64,000 bases of DNA. Origin: Candidatus Marinacidobacterales bacterium. Its GTDB lineage: Bacteria > Acidobacteriota > Vicinamibacteria > Marinacidobacterales > DATDRI01. Location of the stretch: positions 3,360,001 to 3,424,000 of the forward strand of contig OZ245365.1 of NCBI GenBank assembly GCA_965226495.1. Direction: 5' to 3'. The notes beneath the pieces are model-generated. The model was not told the origin of the DNA. It saw only the letters and a list, made by a program, of their open reading frames with translations, and made no database searches. The translations under genes and the position numbers were made by a program. This document shows, in pieces, positions 10,533 through 20,636 of the stretch (position 1 is the stretch's first letter; each line of letters opens with the position of its first letter).

Positions 10533-10814
10533 GACATCCTCCTTCTTGTTCGTCCCACGAAAAGCACACGTGTGGACGTGGTTGATGGGGTGACTAAAAC
10601 CCTCCGAAAAGATACTTCGATTGGAGCGGTACGACCTTTGGACCGTTCACGCGTGTCGTGTCTTTAATCGCTGAAATGGCAGGGAAACGGGCAGTTCTAG
10701 CTGTTGGGTGGAGGGAATATCACGCACTCGGTAATTATACTCCTCGACCCGCTAGGGCCGCAAATGCCTTGTTTTCCAGGGTGCTGACGCCCTGGGCCCA
10801 CGTTCCCCGTCTGC

Positions 10815-11171
10815 TCAGTGCCCAGTGGCCGGCTCTCGGAACGCGGTTCGCGCGCGATCGACGTAGGGATAAACCTGGAACAGGTGGCCGAGCCGCGACT
10901 CCGCGACCATGCCCGCAATCGTGCCCTGCACTGCGGCCACCTTCACGTCTCCGCCGTGCCCCGCCAGTTTCTGATGCAACCCGAGGAGAGTCCGAAGTCC
11001 GTGGAGGGAAATGTAGTTGAGTTTGGTGCAGTCGACGATGATCTTGGACGCACCGGCTTCGACGATCTTCTCCAGTTCGCCGACGAATTGGCCCGCCGTC
11101 CCTCTGTCCAAACCGCCGTCGGCGCTCAGGATCAAGACATCCTCATCTACCGTCTTGTAGTAAAACTCCAT
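10815..11171 (-). CDS. STAS-domain anti-sigma factor antagonist
   Basis: GGLD...IIVDCTKLNYISLHGLRTLL...GGDVKV, about 118 aa; ATG at 11171 preferred over 11318. Confidence 0.85.
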   Translation of the reverse strand: MEFYYKTVDEDVLILSADGGLDRGTAGQFVGELEKIVEAGASKIIVDCTKLNYISLHGLRTLLGLHQKLAGHGGDVKVAAVQGTIAGMVAESRLGHLFQVYPYVDRARTAFREPATGH

Positions 11172-11305
11172 CTTTTCGCTCTCTTCTTGATAGACGCCGG
11201 GATTCGCTATGCTATTCGCTTCCCGCCGGGGAGGCAACTCCAACCCGGCTGCAACACGACGATCAAGGTTTGGGGGTGGAAGTAGACGCCGGGTGAGGGA
11301 ATTGA

Positions 11306-11363
11306 TGATGGCTTCCATCCGTTAGTCCCTCTCCCTCTGGGAGAGGGTAGTGTGAGGGCAACG
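11306..11363. repeat. REP-like palindromic element (CCCTCTCCC-GGGAGAGGG family), copy 1
   Basis: 58 bp, nearly identical to the reverse complement of 61528-61585; immediately 3' of the antiporter stop. Confidence 0.85.
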
Positions 11364-11364
11364 C

Positions 11365-12636
11365 TTACTCACGGTACGGGATCCGGACCGGCATCTCCGC
11401 CACCGGCACCAATTCCTTCATGTCGGGCTCGTCCTTCATTTCTTCTGCTCGGGCCGCATACCACTTGCTGGCCGGCCATGCGGTAAGGCCGTGAGCAAAA
11501 ACACTCAAAAACACCGTCACGATGACGACAGTGAAGATCTCGTCACGATGGCTGATGTCGGTTCGGCCCAAAACCAACAACGCGAACAAGATCGAGGCAA
11601 GTCCTCTTGGCCCGAACCAACCGAGAAAAATGACCGTGTCCGGCTGGAAGCCGCCGCGGAACAAGCTGAGAGCAACAGAGATCATCCTTATTGCCGTCAG
11701 GCTCAAGACGCCGTATACGATGACGTTCCAGTTCAGGTGGTCGATCGTAGGCCAGACCAAGGCCACGCCGAAGACCATGAAGGTGAGGAGCGCGAGCAGC
11801 TGCCCCTCCGTCTCCGCGAAGTCATAGAGACATTGGCAGATCGGCCGCGAGGTATTGCCCAGGGTGAGCCCCGCGCAGAAGGCGGAGATGAACCCGTTTC
11901 CGCCGACCGCCTCGGCTAGGAAAAAGGCCAGGAAGGAAATGGCCAACGCCGAAAGCTGCTGAAAGCTGTGGTTCATCCACTTGGTTCGCGTACCGAGATA
12001 GACCAACTTCCCGCCGACGAAGCCGACGGCGATGCCCACCAGCGGGCCCAGAATGACTTGGAACATCGCGAAGCGCACCCAGTAGGATGCCGATTCCGTT
12101 TGCTGACTCATTTCGGCCAGCGCGAGAAAAACCAAGACCACCGGCAAGGCGATGCCATCGTTCAAACCGCTCTCCACGTTCAACGCTTGTCGGATGCGAA
12201 CCGGCACTCGTTCGTTGCTCACGACGGCTTGGCCAAGGGCCGCGTCGGTGGGCGCGAGGATGGCCGCCACGACCGCCGCTTCCCAGAAGGTCAAGTAACC
12301 ACAAACCCAAATCGCCACTAGGGTGCCGAAAAGGATAGTGAGCGGCATTCCGATGGCCAGCAAACGGAGGGGCAAATGGAAGTCGCGGCGAAGGTTCTTG
12401 AGGTTGATCCGCGCTGCATCACTGAAGAGCACAAGAATCAAGGTCAGCTCGGCCAGAGTCTCCTCGATCTCGCCCCGGGCATCGAGCTCCACCAGCCCCA
12501 ACACGTGTCCGCTCATCAGCATGCCGAAGACGACGAAGACCATCGGCGGCGTAATGATGCTTTTCTGAAGGCGCCCCGACACCAAGCCGAAGCCCAGGAT
12601 CAAGACTGCGATGATGATGAAGGTTTGACTTTCCAT
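11365..12636 (-). CDS. Cation:proton antiporter (CPA1/NhaP family)
   Basis: LAPTDAALG, NVESGLNDG, GWFGPRGLAS motifs; about 12 TM segments; start MESQTF. Confidence 0.92.
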   Translation of the reverse strand: MESQTFIIIAVLILGFGLVSGRLQKSIITPPMVFVVFGMLMSGHVLGLVELDARGEIEETLAELTLILVLFSDAARINLKNLRRDFHLPLRLLAIGMPLTILFGTLVAIWVCGYLTFWEAAVVAAILAPTDAALGQAVVSNERVPVRIRQALNVESGLNDGIALPVVLVFLALAEMSQQTESASYWVRFAMFQVILGPLVGIAVGFVGGKLVYLGTRTKWMNHSFQQLSALAISFLAFFLAEAVGGNGFISAFCAGLTLGNTSRPICQCLYDFAETEGQLLALLTFMVFGVALVWPTIDHLNWNVIVYGVLSLTAIRMISVALSLFRGGFQPDTVIFLGWFGPRGLASILFALLVLGRTDISHRDEIFTVVIVTVFLSVFAHGLTAWPASKWYAARAEEMKDEPDMKELVPVAEMPVRIPYRE

Positions 12637-12677
12637 GGCCGTTCCGGAAATCGACGGCGAGTATAGCACTCGCCCCA

Positions 12678-12717
12678 CAGCCTGACGGCGTGACAGCCTG
12701 AAAGCTTGACAGCTTGA
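12678..12717. repeat. Five tandem degenerate 8-mers (CAGCYTGA)
   Basis: cagcctga-cggcgtga-cagcctga-aagcttga-cagcttga between divergent genes. Confidence 0.7.
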
Positions 12718-12790
12718 CCCGCTGGACCCGAGAGCATAGCCTTGCACCCGCGAATCTCTCGCGAATCGCCGAGGCCAACCAGGAGACGCG

Positions 12791-14313
12791 ATGCTCATGC
12801 GCTGTTTATCCGTAGTTTCACTCGGAGTCTTGACCCTCGTCCTTCCTGCAATCTCCCCTGCCATCCCTGCCATTTGGGACGGCGAACCCAGCCTCGAGAC
12901 TATCTATCGCATCAAGCAGGAAGCCTTTCAGGGATCACAGCTCGAAGAAACTCTCTTCTATTTGACGGATGTTCACGGTCCGAGGCTGACTGGCTCGCCG
13001 GGCTATGTGGCGGCCGCGAAGTGGGCGATCGACCCACTCACCGAATGGGGCATCAGCAACCCGAGGCTCGAAGAGTGGGGCGAGTTCGGTCGAGGATGGT
13101 CTTACTCACGGGTCTCCGTCCACATGCTCTCGCCCATTGCGACGACGCTTCACGGAGTGCCCTTGGCTTGGTCCTCCGGGACAGATGGACCGGTGAGTGG
13201 AGATGCAATCCTGGCCACTATTACCACCGGTCAAGACGATCCCGAGGAAATCGCGAACGCGATCAAAGACTACTCGGAAAAATACAAGGGGAAGCTTAAC
13301 GGCAAGATCGTTCTTATCAACCCCGCCCGCGAGTTCGAGCCCCCGACGGAGCCGCCCCTCGACAGGTTGGACTCCGATGAGTTGGACGCGCTGGCCGAGG
13401 CACCCGAACCGATGCGCCTCCCCCCTTTCGAGTGGCCGATGAAGGAGCTTCCAACCGATCCAGAAGTCATCCATCGCCTCTACGAAGATGCGCCGGCGAC
13501 CTTGGCCGACGCCTACTGGCGAACTCTGATCCGAGCACAGGAGAAGCTTATTCAGTTTCTACTCGACGAAGGCGTCGCCGCCGTACTCTCCGTCGATTCG
13601 AGCGGGGACGGCTCCATCATCTTCGCCGATGGCGGCATGTCCTTCCGAACAGGAGCTCCGGTACCTCCGCCTAGCGTCGTACTCGTTCCCGAGCAATACA
13701 ACCGCATCGTGCGGCTATTGAACAAGGAAATTCCAGTGCGCATCGAGGTAGACGTGGCCGCCGCGTTGCATGACGACTCGCTCGACGGCATGAATGTCAT
13801 CGCTGAGATCCCCGGTGGTAATAAGGCGGACGAGGTCGTCATGATGGGTGCCCATCTGGACTCTTGGCACGGTGGCACCGGAGCCGCGGATAATGCCGCC
13901 GGCACGGCCGTCGTCATGGAAGCCGCCCGCATTTTGAAGACGCTAGACCTCGAGATGGATCGCACGATCCGGCTCGCATTGTGGGATGCGGAAGAGCAAG
14001 GACTTTTCGGATCCCGGGGATACGTCAAGAATCACTTCGCCGATCCCATGACGATGGAGCTCAAGCCCGAGCACGCAAAGCTCGCCATCAATCCTTCGAC
14101 GAAGTCGGGCTGCCCGGCTTCCAATTCATCCAGGATCCCCTCGACTACGAAACTCGAACGCACCACTCCAACATCGACGTCTACGACCATTTGGAGATCA
14201 GCGATCTGATGCAAGCGGCGGCCATCCTCGCTTCGTTCGTCTACCACGCGGCCAACCGCGAAGAGATGCTACCCCGGGAACCGTTGCCGAAGCCCTTATC
14301 CGTGATTCCCTAA
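12791..14313 (+). pseudogene. M28 family (carboxypeptidase Q-like) metallopeptidase with internal deletion and frameshift near 14085
   Basis: GPRLTGS, GAHLDSW, DNAAG and AEEQGLFGS are present. After KPEHAKL the sequence jumps to [25 protein letters not shown] in another frame; the NxDNG segment is missing. Confidence 0.85.
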
Positions 14314-14405
14314 CCGGCCTCATTGTGGCAGGCCGATGGTGTTCCGCTGAGAGATCGATGGGGGGATAGAGAAGCTCGCCGGCAGTCAGACGTCCGACTA
14401 CACGG

Positions 14406-15062
14406 TCAACAGCCGGGGAGTGTTTCGACGAGGAGCTTTCCTGCTGCAAGGCTCCGGAGCTCTTCGGCCAGCTCAAGCGTTCTCAAGATGGCCTTTCGCG
14501 CCGACGCTTGATCACTCTCCACCGTGGCGTAGCGGGCCAACAAGGTCTTCCCCCATTCGTGATGGCGCTTTTCGTCCGGCTGGATACGTTTGCGATAGAG
14601 CTCCGCAGTCTCCTTGTCCCCCATGTGCTCGCAGAACGCAATGAAGAGTTGGTTCGCCTTGTAACCGATCGCCTCCCGCGTGAACTGAGCCGCCGCAATC
14701 CGCTCGACCGTCGTCGTCAGAGTCTCCAAGTATTGGAAAAGAGGACCGTACTCGCTGGTCGGCGCGTGCTCACCCGGATCGTCCCCGAGCTCCTTCAACC
14801 GATCGCTAATGAGCTGAAAGTGCCGGGCCTCGTCGCCGGCCTGCTGCGCGAAGGCGAGCTTGACCTCGAGCTCGGGCGTGGAGGGAACCCACCGCGCCGC
14901 GATCTCCGTCGCTTCGATCTCGTTTCGCAGTCCAGCACGTAGAAGCATCAACATATCCGCCTTGGCCGCGGACTCCGAAAGCCGCGATAGCGCCGCGTCC
15001 CGTGTGGAAAGAATCTGACGCAGCGTGGCGTCCATTTCTTTGACGAAGGCTTCGCCGTCCAT
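14406..15062 (-). CDS. Ferritin-like di-iron carboxylate protein
   Basis: Paired NEIEA...DEARH and REA...DEKRH helices; ends PGC. Confidence 0.8.
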   Translation of the reverse strand: MDGEAFVKEMDATLRQILSTRDAALSRLSESAAKADMLMLLRAGLRNEIEATEIAARWVPSTPELEVKLAFAQQAGDEARHFQLISDRLKELGDDPGEHAPTSEYGPLFQYLETLTTTVERIAAAQFTREAIGYKANQLFIAFCEHMGDKETAELYRKRIQPDEKRHHEWGKTLLARYATVESDQASARKAILRTLELAEELRSLAAGKLLVETLPGC

Positions 15063-15076
15063 TTGACTCTAGATTA

Positions 15077-15909
15077 TCACGACTTAGGCGCCTGTTCATT
15101 TGGTCCAGCTGGCTCGGCCGGCTCATCTGGCTCACCTGGCCCCTGAGACCCGTAGACCTCGTGGAGACGGCTCGCCAAGTAATGCCCGGCTTGGACCGGC
15201 GGGTAGCGCGAGGGCCTCTCCGGGCCGCAGCACGTCTCTAGGGATTCGATCACAGCGTCGTAGTTCGTACCGAAAAAGAACGGGATCGAATAGCGCTCCT
15301 GCCCCGTACTATTGATGACGCGCTGAGGCGTGGCGGTGAACACATTCGATCTTGTCCTGGAAAGTGAGCGGCGAGAGTCCCAGGCTTTCCGCAAAGACTT
15401 CAAAAAGCGTCTGGCCCAGCCCAATCATCTCTTGGAAGTACGCTTCGATGGTGTGGCGGAACCCTGGTAGGGAGCGCGGCCAGAGGTTCGGGCCGACCAT
15501 GCGATAGGCCGCCGCATCGTTGACGTCTTTGGGAAGGGTGGGGGCGGAGTGGGAAACGTGAAGTCCAGGGCTTCCTTGACGTCCCCCCGTAGCACCGGGG
15601 TCGGAGCTTTCCGCTCTCAGGGGAATATAACCTCGCTGCTTGCGCGCCTTGGTGAAGTGGACGGCTGCCTTTCTTTCCTCCGGAAGGGCGAAAAACCGCC
15701 GTGCGGCTTGGAACGTATCGGCGATCCCCTGCTGCGAGACGCCGTGGTTTCTCACATAGAAGAAACCCACGTTCTGGCAGATGTCGCCTAGGCGACGCGC
15801 CAGGCCCCGGCGAGCGTTTTCATCCCCCTCGAACCAGGGTTCCCAGATCCACAACCGGGATCGCGTCAAAGGAAGCTCGCCTTGCGCGAACGGCCGTGTC
15901 GTTTGGCAT
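15077..15909 (-). pseudogene. Isopenicillin N synthase-like 2OG-Fe(II) oxygenase, degraded
   Basis: MPNDTAVRARRASFDAIPVVDLG, frameshift, GFFYVRNHGV, GPNLWP, then a deletion removing HxD, then TPQRV..RYSIPFF. Confidence 0.85.
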
Positions 15910-16044
15910 CCTGCCACGATCATAGTTGCGGCTGCTCACGAGTCAAGAAATCATCGTCTCGGAGACGATCTCCGGAGTCCTGTCGGTCTAACGCCGAAGG
16001 ACGTCCAGCCCCGGCAAAAAAGGGTGGCGGCGCGATTCAAGGAA

Positions 16045-16440
16045 TTACAGAAAGGTCTCCCAAACCCAGTAAGCCAAGTAGACCAACACTGCCAATCTGA
16101 GGATGGAGCTGACCGCCGAATACTTTATCTTGATCGTCTCGGTTCGAAACTCGAAGGGGAGGTGCCGATCCACACCTGCCCATGGATTGAAACCAAACTG
16201 GTATGTCGTGTCAGCCGTGGCAACTCGCAACACCTTTACCGGAATCAGTCCCTGCCGAGACTTGAACAGCACCGCTTCCTTGATATCGGATTTCCCTACT
16301 GTCCAATCACCACACTCGATTCGATCGGCAAACACCTTGAACCAAGCACGACGTGAGTTGATCCAGTGCAACCCGTATCGAGGCTCTCCCTCGCCTTGAA
16401 TGGTCCCCTTGGTCCAGGCCCGATAGATTGGTTTTTCCAT
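16045..16440 (-). CDS. Hypothetical protein with C-terminal TM helix
   Basis: GGAGG RBS, 131 aa, hydrophobic C-terminus. Confidence 0.65.
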   Translation of the reverse strand: MEKPIYRAWTKGTIQGEGEPRYGLHWINSRRAWFKVFADRIECGDWTVGKSDIKEAVLFKSRQGLIPVKVLRVATADTTYQFGFNPWAGVDRHLPFEFRTETIKIKYSAVSSILRLAVLVYLAYWVWETFL

Positions 16441-16574
16441 TTGCGGCCTCCGTGATCTAGTTCCCGTAGCGCATCACCGGCGAGAGACTCGTTCCGCCAG
16501 ATCGAGATGCTCGCGCAACGGGAGCCGACGGGCGACGTGCATTGCAAGTAAATAAATACAAAGCCCGCGCCTTT

Positions 16575-17135
16575 CTAGAAGAACCCTCGGTCGATCCTCA
16601 ACCCCGCCCGCTGCCAACGGCCATCCGGAGCACGAACCACGACTCCCCACAATCGGACCCCGGCAAGCGACCGCGGACCCGGAACGATGACTTCAACACG
16701 ACAGACCTCCAGCTTCCGGAACTTGTAGACGCGGCGGAGGTCCGGATCCACACCTATCTGATCGAGATCTGCTTCCGTCGCTTCGATTCCCTCGAGGATG
16801 CGGCCTTCGAGGCTCAAGACGGCGTCGGCCTCCCGACTCACTTTCACTCGCACGTCGTGCCCTTCGATTCCCTCCAGTTGAAACTCGGTCGACTCATCGA
16901 GGCCGAGCTTTACCTGGTCCATGCCCAACCGCTTGAACGCATCTTCGAAGCCGGCGCGCGCCACGTACTCCTGCACGACGAAGCTCGTGAACTGAGCCGC
17001 TCGGCTCTGCCAGTGCATCACCAGCCGTCCCAGAATGAGACTCAGCGGCAGGACCAAGAGCAACATCAGCAGCACCACGACCAGCGCGCTGCCCCGCTCC
17101 CCCGCCGTCAACTTCCGAGACGATTCTTTCGCCAT
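16575..17135 (-). CDS. PilX-like N-terminal (minor pilin-like) protein
   Basis: ERGSALVVVLLMLLLV prepilin-type N-terminus; overlaps the upstream prepilin gene. Confidence 0.65.
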   Translation of the reverse strand: MAKESSRKLTAGERGSALVVVLLMLLLVLPLSLILGRLVMHWQSRAAQFTSFVVQEYVARAGFEDAFKRLGMDQVKLGLDESTEFQLEGIEGHDVRVKVSREADAVLSLEGRILEGIEATEADLDQIGVDPDLRRVYKFRKLEVCRVEVIVPGPRSLAGVRLWGVVVRAPDGRWQRAGLRIDRGFF

Positions 17136-19072
17136 GCGTGCAGCCTTGCCTTCCGTGACTCCGCTTCCGCAGCGGCGGCGATGTTCACAATGTGCCGGGA
17201 GCTTCCCAAACGATCCAGATCGAACTTCAAGACCAAATCTTTCTCTCGCGCCCCAAGATAAAGAAACCCGAGGTTATCGAAAGCAAGGAAGTCCAATGTG
17301 TCGGGCAAGAGGCTCGTCGCAAGGGGCGTCGACGTGAGGCTCGTCGCGGCACGCTTCTCTTCTGTCTCGCGGTCTTGCGATCGCCCCTCCGTGCTTTCCT
17401 CGCTAAAATCATCCAGGCTGAAAACAAAAACCGGCGCCTCCGACGAGCCCGCGATCCAGGCCGAGTCGAGCTCCAGCACGACGGTGTCTCCTAGTCGCTC
17501 GCGGACGAGGGCAAAAAGACTTCCAGAGAGTGAGTCGGCCGCGAGGGAGATCCCTTGTCCATCTAGCTCTCCAATCGTGGTCGGCGCTCCCGGATCACCG
17601 GACTCATCGAACGGCAACCTCCATAAAGACGTCTCGTTCGCCTGATCCAGCAAGAAGTACAACTCCCCGTCGAATCCCGTCACGATCGCCCGCGGGCTTC
17701 CTTCGACCTCGGTAATCTTCTTCGGTGCCAGAGGGTTTCCGTCTCGATCGAAACGAAAGCGGAAGATGGCGCCTCTTTCCTGACTCGTGACGTAGAGCGC
17801 TCCGTCCAGTCCGAACGCGATCCCCCCGATCTGTGCCAGAGCCTCCGTCCCCTCGAACGTATCGACTTTGGAATCGGCCGAGAACACTCCGTGCTCATCG
17901 GGATGAACCCGAGCCAAATGCCCGATCCGGAGTCCCGACGCGGCGACGAACAGAGACCCGGCGAGAGAAGTCTTTTCCGGGCCGAAACACAGGGCGACCG
18001 GACCTCGAACGTCCTCGAGCCAAGTCACGGTGTCCTGCCGGGCCTCGAGAAAACGTGTCTCGGATAGGAATGTATAGATAAAAGATCGATCCTGCGAGGG
18101 ATCGTTCCCCGAAGAAAGGATCACACCCCAATCCGCAATCGCCCGCGTCGCAACGCCGGCTGGTTTAGCAATGGGATAAAAGAAACGCGCCAGCCTCAAG
18201 CCGTACCCCGGCTCGGCGAAGTCAACGCTGGCCGATTGCTGGTCGAGAGTAATTGCCGTCGCGAGGGTCCGCTCATCGAGTGCCGCATCTCCGATCGAGT
18301 ACGTCATCGTGATGCGTACCGTCGTCAACAAGCTCGTCCGCTCCAGACTGTCATCCGAGAGACGACCTCCTTGATCGTCGAGGTATTCGAAACGGAGCTC
18401 TTGCACGTTGCGGGCGAGAACGCGGGGCGATCGGTCGAAGGCCGTCTTGGTGAGTAAGTTCCCGCGTCCTTCGGGCGCCGGCTCGAGTGAAAAGCCAATC
18501 TCCTGAAGCCGCACCACCCGGCCTCCGTTCTCCGGCAAGTACTCGTAGACCAACTCGCCGTCGTCGCTGTCGAGCGAGCGAAAGGCCAACGCGCTTTCCC
18601 CTACGGCCGTGACCTCCGCACGCTCGGAGAAACCACCCACCTGGGTCAGCAACACCCTGTCGCCTTCTTGAAAAAGCTCCGCATGACGCACAACCACGAC
18701 TTCACCGGCCGCCAAGAGCTCGCCCTCGAGGTTCGTCGCGAGGCCCGCGGCATTCGACCGAATCGTAATCTCACCGGGAGAGCCGTTTCCGCCTACGACA
18801 AACGGCAGCACGGCTTGAGGTCCGTCGCCCAAGCCGTAACCGGCCCGTGCGACCTCCACCGCGATGTCATCGAACGCCCGGATGGCGGCCGCACTCTTTT
18901 CGGCTGTTTTCGATTCCGTGCGATAGATCGCGACCAACATCTGCGCGGTGCGGTACACCATTCCGAGCACCACGAGGGTGATGAAGAGGCTGACCAGAAC
19001 TTCGACGAGCGAAAAGCCTCGCTCTCTCGAGCCGGCAACGCAAGTTCTTCTATTGCAATAGGTTACAGTCAC
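17108..19072 (-). CDS. Prepilin N-methylation domain (PilW-like) protein with C-terminal beta-propeller-like repeats
   Basis: RERG/FSLVEVLVSL cleavage motif; EVARAGY; GIAFGLDGALYVT-type repeats. Start uncertain (GTG 19072; the ORF is open to 19135). Confidence 0.75.
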   Translation of the reverse strand: MTVTYCNRRTCVAGSRERGFSLVEVLVSLFITLVVLGMVYRTAQMLVAIYRTESKTAEKSAAAIRAFDDIAVEVARAGYGLGDGPQAVLPFVVGGNGSPGEITIRSNAAGLATNLEGELLAAGEVVVVRHAELFQEGDRVLLTQVGGFSERAEVTAVGESALAFRSLDSDDGELVYEYLPENGGRVVRLQEIGFSLEPAPEGRGNLLTKTAFDRSPRVLARNVQELRFEYLDDQGGRLSDDSLERTSLLTTVRITMTYSIGDAALDERTLATAITLDQQSASVDFAEPGYGLRLARFFYPIAKPAGVATRAIADWGVILSSGNDPSQDRSFIYTFLSETRFLEARQDTVTWLEDVRGPVALCFGPEKTSLAGSLFVAASGLRIGHLARVHPDEHGVFSADSKVDTFEGTEALAQIGGIAFGLDGALYVTSQERGAIFRFRFDRDGNPLAPKKITEVEGSPRAIVTGFDGELYFLLDQANETSLWRLPFDESGDPGAPTTIGELDGQGISLAADSLSGSLFALVRERLGDTVVLELDSAWIAGSSEAPVFVFSLDDFSEESTEGRSQDRETEEKRAATSLTSTPLATSLLPDTLDFLAFDNLGFLYLGAREKDLVLKFDLDRLGSSRHIVNIAAAAEAESRKARLHAWRKNRLGS

Positions 19073-19133
19073 AGATTTTGTACTCCGGAGTTCTCCGTGA
19101 TCTATAGTAGCAGGCGGTAGAATATGCTCGCCC

Positions 19134-20636
19134 ATGTCACGATTCGTCGGAGCCGTCGATCAAGGAACCACCAGCACCCGCTTCATGATCTTCGATCGCG
19201 AAGCCAATAGCGTCGCTTCCCATCAGCTCGAGCACCGGCAGATATTCCCCAAGCCCGGCTGGGTCGAGCATGATCCGATGGAGATCTGGGAGCGCACCCA
19301 AGACGTCATCCGGGGCGCCATGGAAAAGGGCAACGTTCAAGCCAAAGACCTCGCCGCCATCGGAATTACCAACCAACGCGAGACGACGCTCGTTTGGAAC
19401 AAGACGAACGGCAAGCCCTACCACAATGCCGTCGTCTGGCAAGACACCCGCACCAGCCGCATCTGTCACGAGCTCGCCCAAGAAGAAGGTGGCCAAGATC
19501 GCTTTCGCGGAAAGACCGGCCTCCCCCTCAGCACCTACTTCTCTGGCCCCAAGCTCAAGTGGCTCCTCGAGCATGTCGACGGCCTCCGAGCCGCAGCAGA
19601 AAAAGGAGACGCCGTCTTCGGCACCATCGACACATGGCTCATCTGGCAACTCACCGGTGCTTCGCATTTCACCGACGTCACCAACGCCAGCCGAACGCTT
19701 CTCATGGACCTCGAGACACTCGGCTGGGACGAAGACATTCTCGAAGTCTTAGGCATTCCGCGCCAAATGCTTCCCGAGATCCGCCCCTCCAGCGATCCCA
19801 GCTTCTACGGAAAGACCGCTGCCGACGGCCCGGTCGGTGGCGAGGTTCCGGTTTGCGGCAACCTCGGCGACCAACAAGCAGCGCTCTATGGTCAGACTTG
19901 CTACGACGTTGGGGAGGCCAAAAACACATACGGAACCGGCTGCTTCATGCTCCTCAACACCGGCACCGACATCGTCCCCTCGAAGAGCGGCCTACTCACC
20001 ACTGTCGCCTATCAAATCGACCAGCAACCTGCCCGCTACGCCCTCGAAGGCTCCGTCGCCATCACAGGGGCATTGATCCAGTGGCTCCGCGACAACCTCG
20101 GCCTCATCGAACACTCAGCGGATATCGAGGACCTCGCAGCAACCGTCGAAGACAGTGGCGGCATCTACTTCGTCCCCGCATTCTCCGGACTCTTCGCTCC
20201 CTATTGGAGGACCGACGCCCGCGGCGCCATCGTCGGCCTCACCCGCTACGTCAACAAGGGACACTTTGCGCGCGCCGCCCTCGAAGCCAGCGCTTACCAA
20301 ACTCGAGAGGTGCTCGAGGCCATGCACAAGGATTCAGGTGTCGAGCTCAAGGAGCTCAAAGTCGACGGCGGCATGGTCGTCAACGAGATGCTCATGCAGT
20401 TCCAGGCCGACATCCTCGGCGTTCCCGTCGTTCGCCCCAAAGTGAGCGAGACCACAGCGCTCGGCGCCGCCTACGCAGCCGGACTCGCAGTGGGATTCTG
20501 GAAGGACGAGTCCGAGCTCCGCGCCAACTGGGCCATGGACAAAACCTGGCAACCCGACATGGACGAAGCCAAACGCGACAAGTTGTACAAGGGTTGGCTC
20601 AAGGCCGTGGAAAGGACTTTCGACTGGGTGGAGTAG
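19134..20636 (+). CDS. glpK: Glycerol kinase
   Basis: [43 protein letters not shown]. Confidence 0.97.
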   Translation: MSRFVGAVDQGTTSTRFMIFDREANSVASHQLEHRQIFPKPGWVEHDPMEIWERTQDVIRGAMEKGNVQAKDLAAIGITNQRETTLVWNKTNGKPYHNAVVWQDTRTSRICHELAQEEGGQDRFRGKTGLPLSTYFSGPKLKWLLEHVDGLRAAAEKGDAVFGTIDTWLIWQLTGASHFTDVTNASRTLLMDLETLGWDEDILEVLGIPRQMLPEIRPSSDPSFYGKTAADGPVGGEVPVCGNLGDQQAALYGQTCYDVGEAKNTYGTGCFMLLNTGTDIVPSKSGLLTTVAYQIDQQPARYALEGSVAITGALIQWLRDNLGLIEHSADIEDLAATVEDSGGIYFVPAFSGLFAPYWRTDARGAIVGLTRYVNKGHFARAALEASAYQTREVLEAMHKDSGVELKELKVDGGMVVNEMLMQFQADILGVPVVRPKVSETTALGAAYAAGLAVGFWKDESELRANWAMDKTWQPDMDEAKRDKLYKGWLKAVERTFDWVE

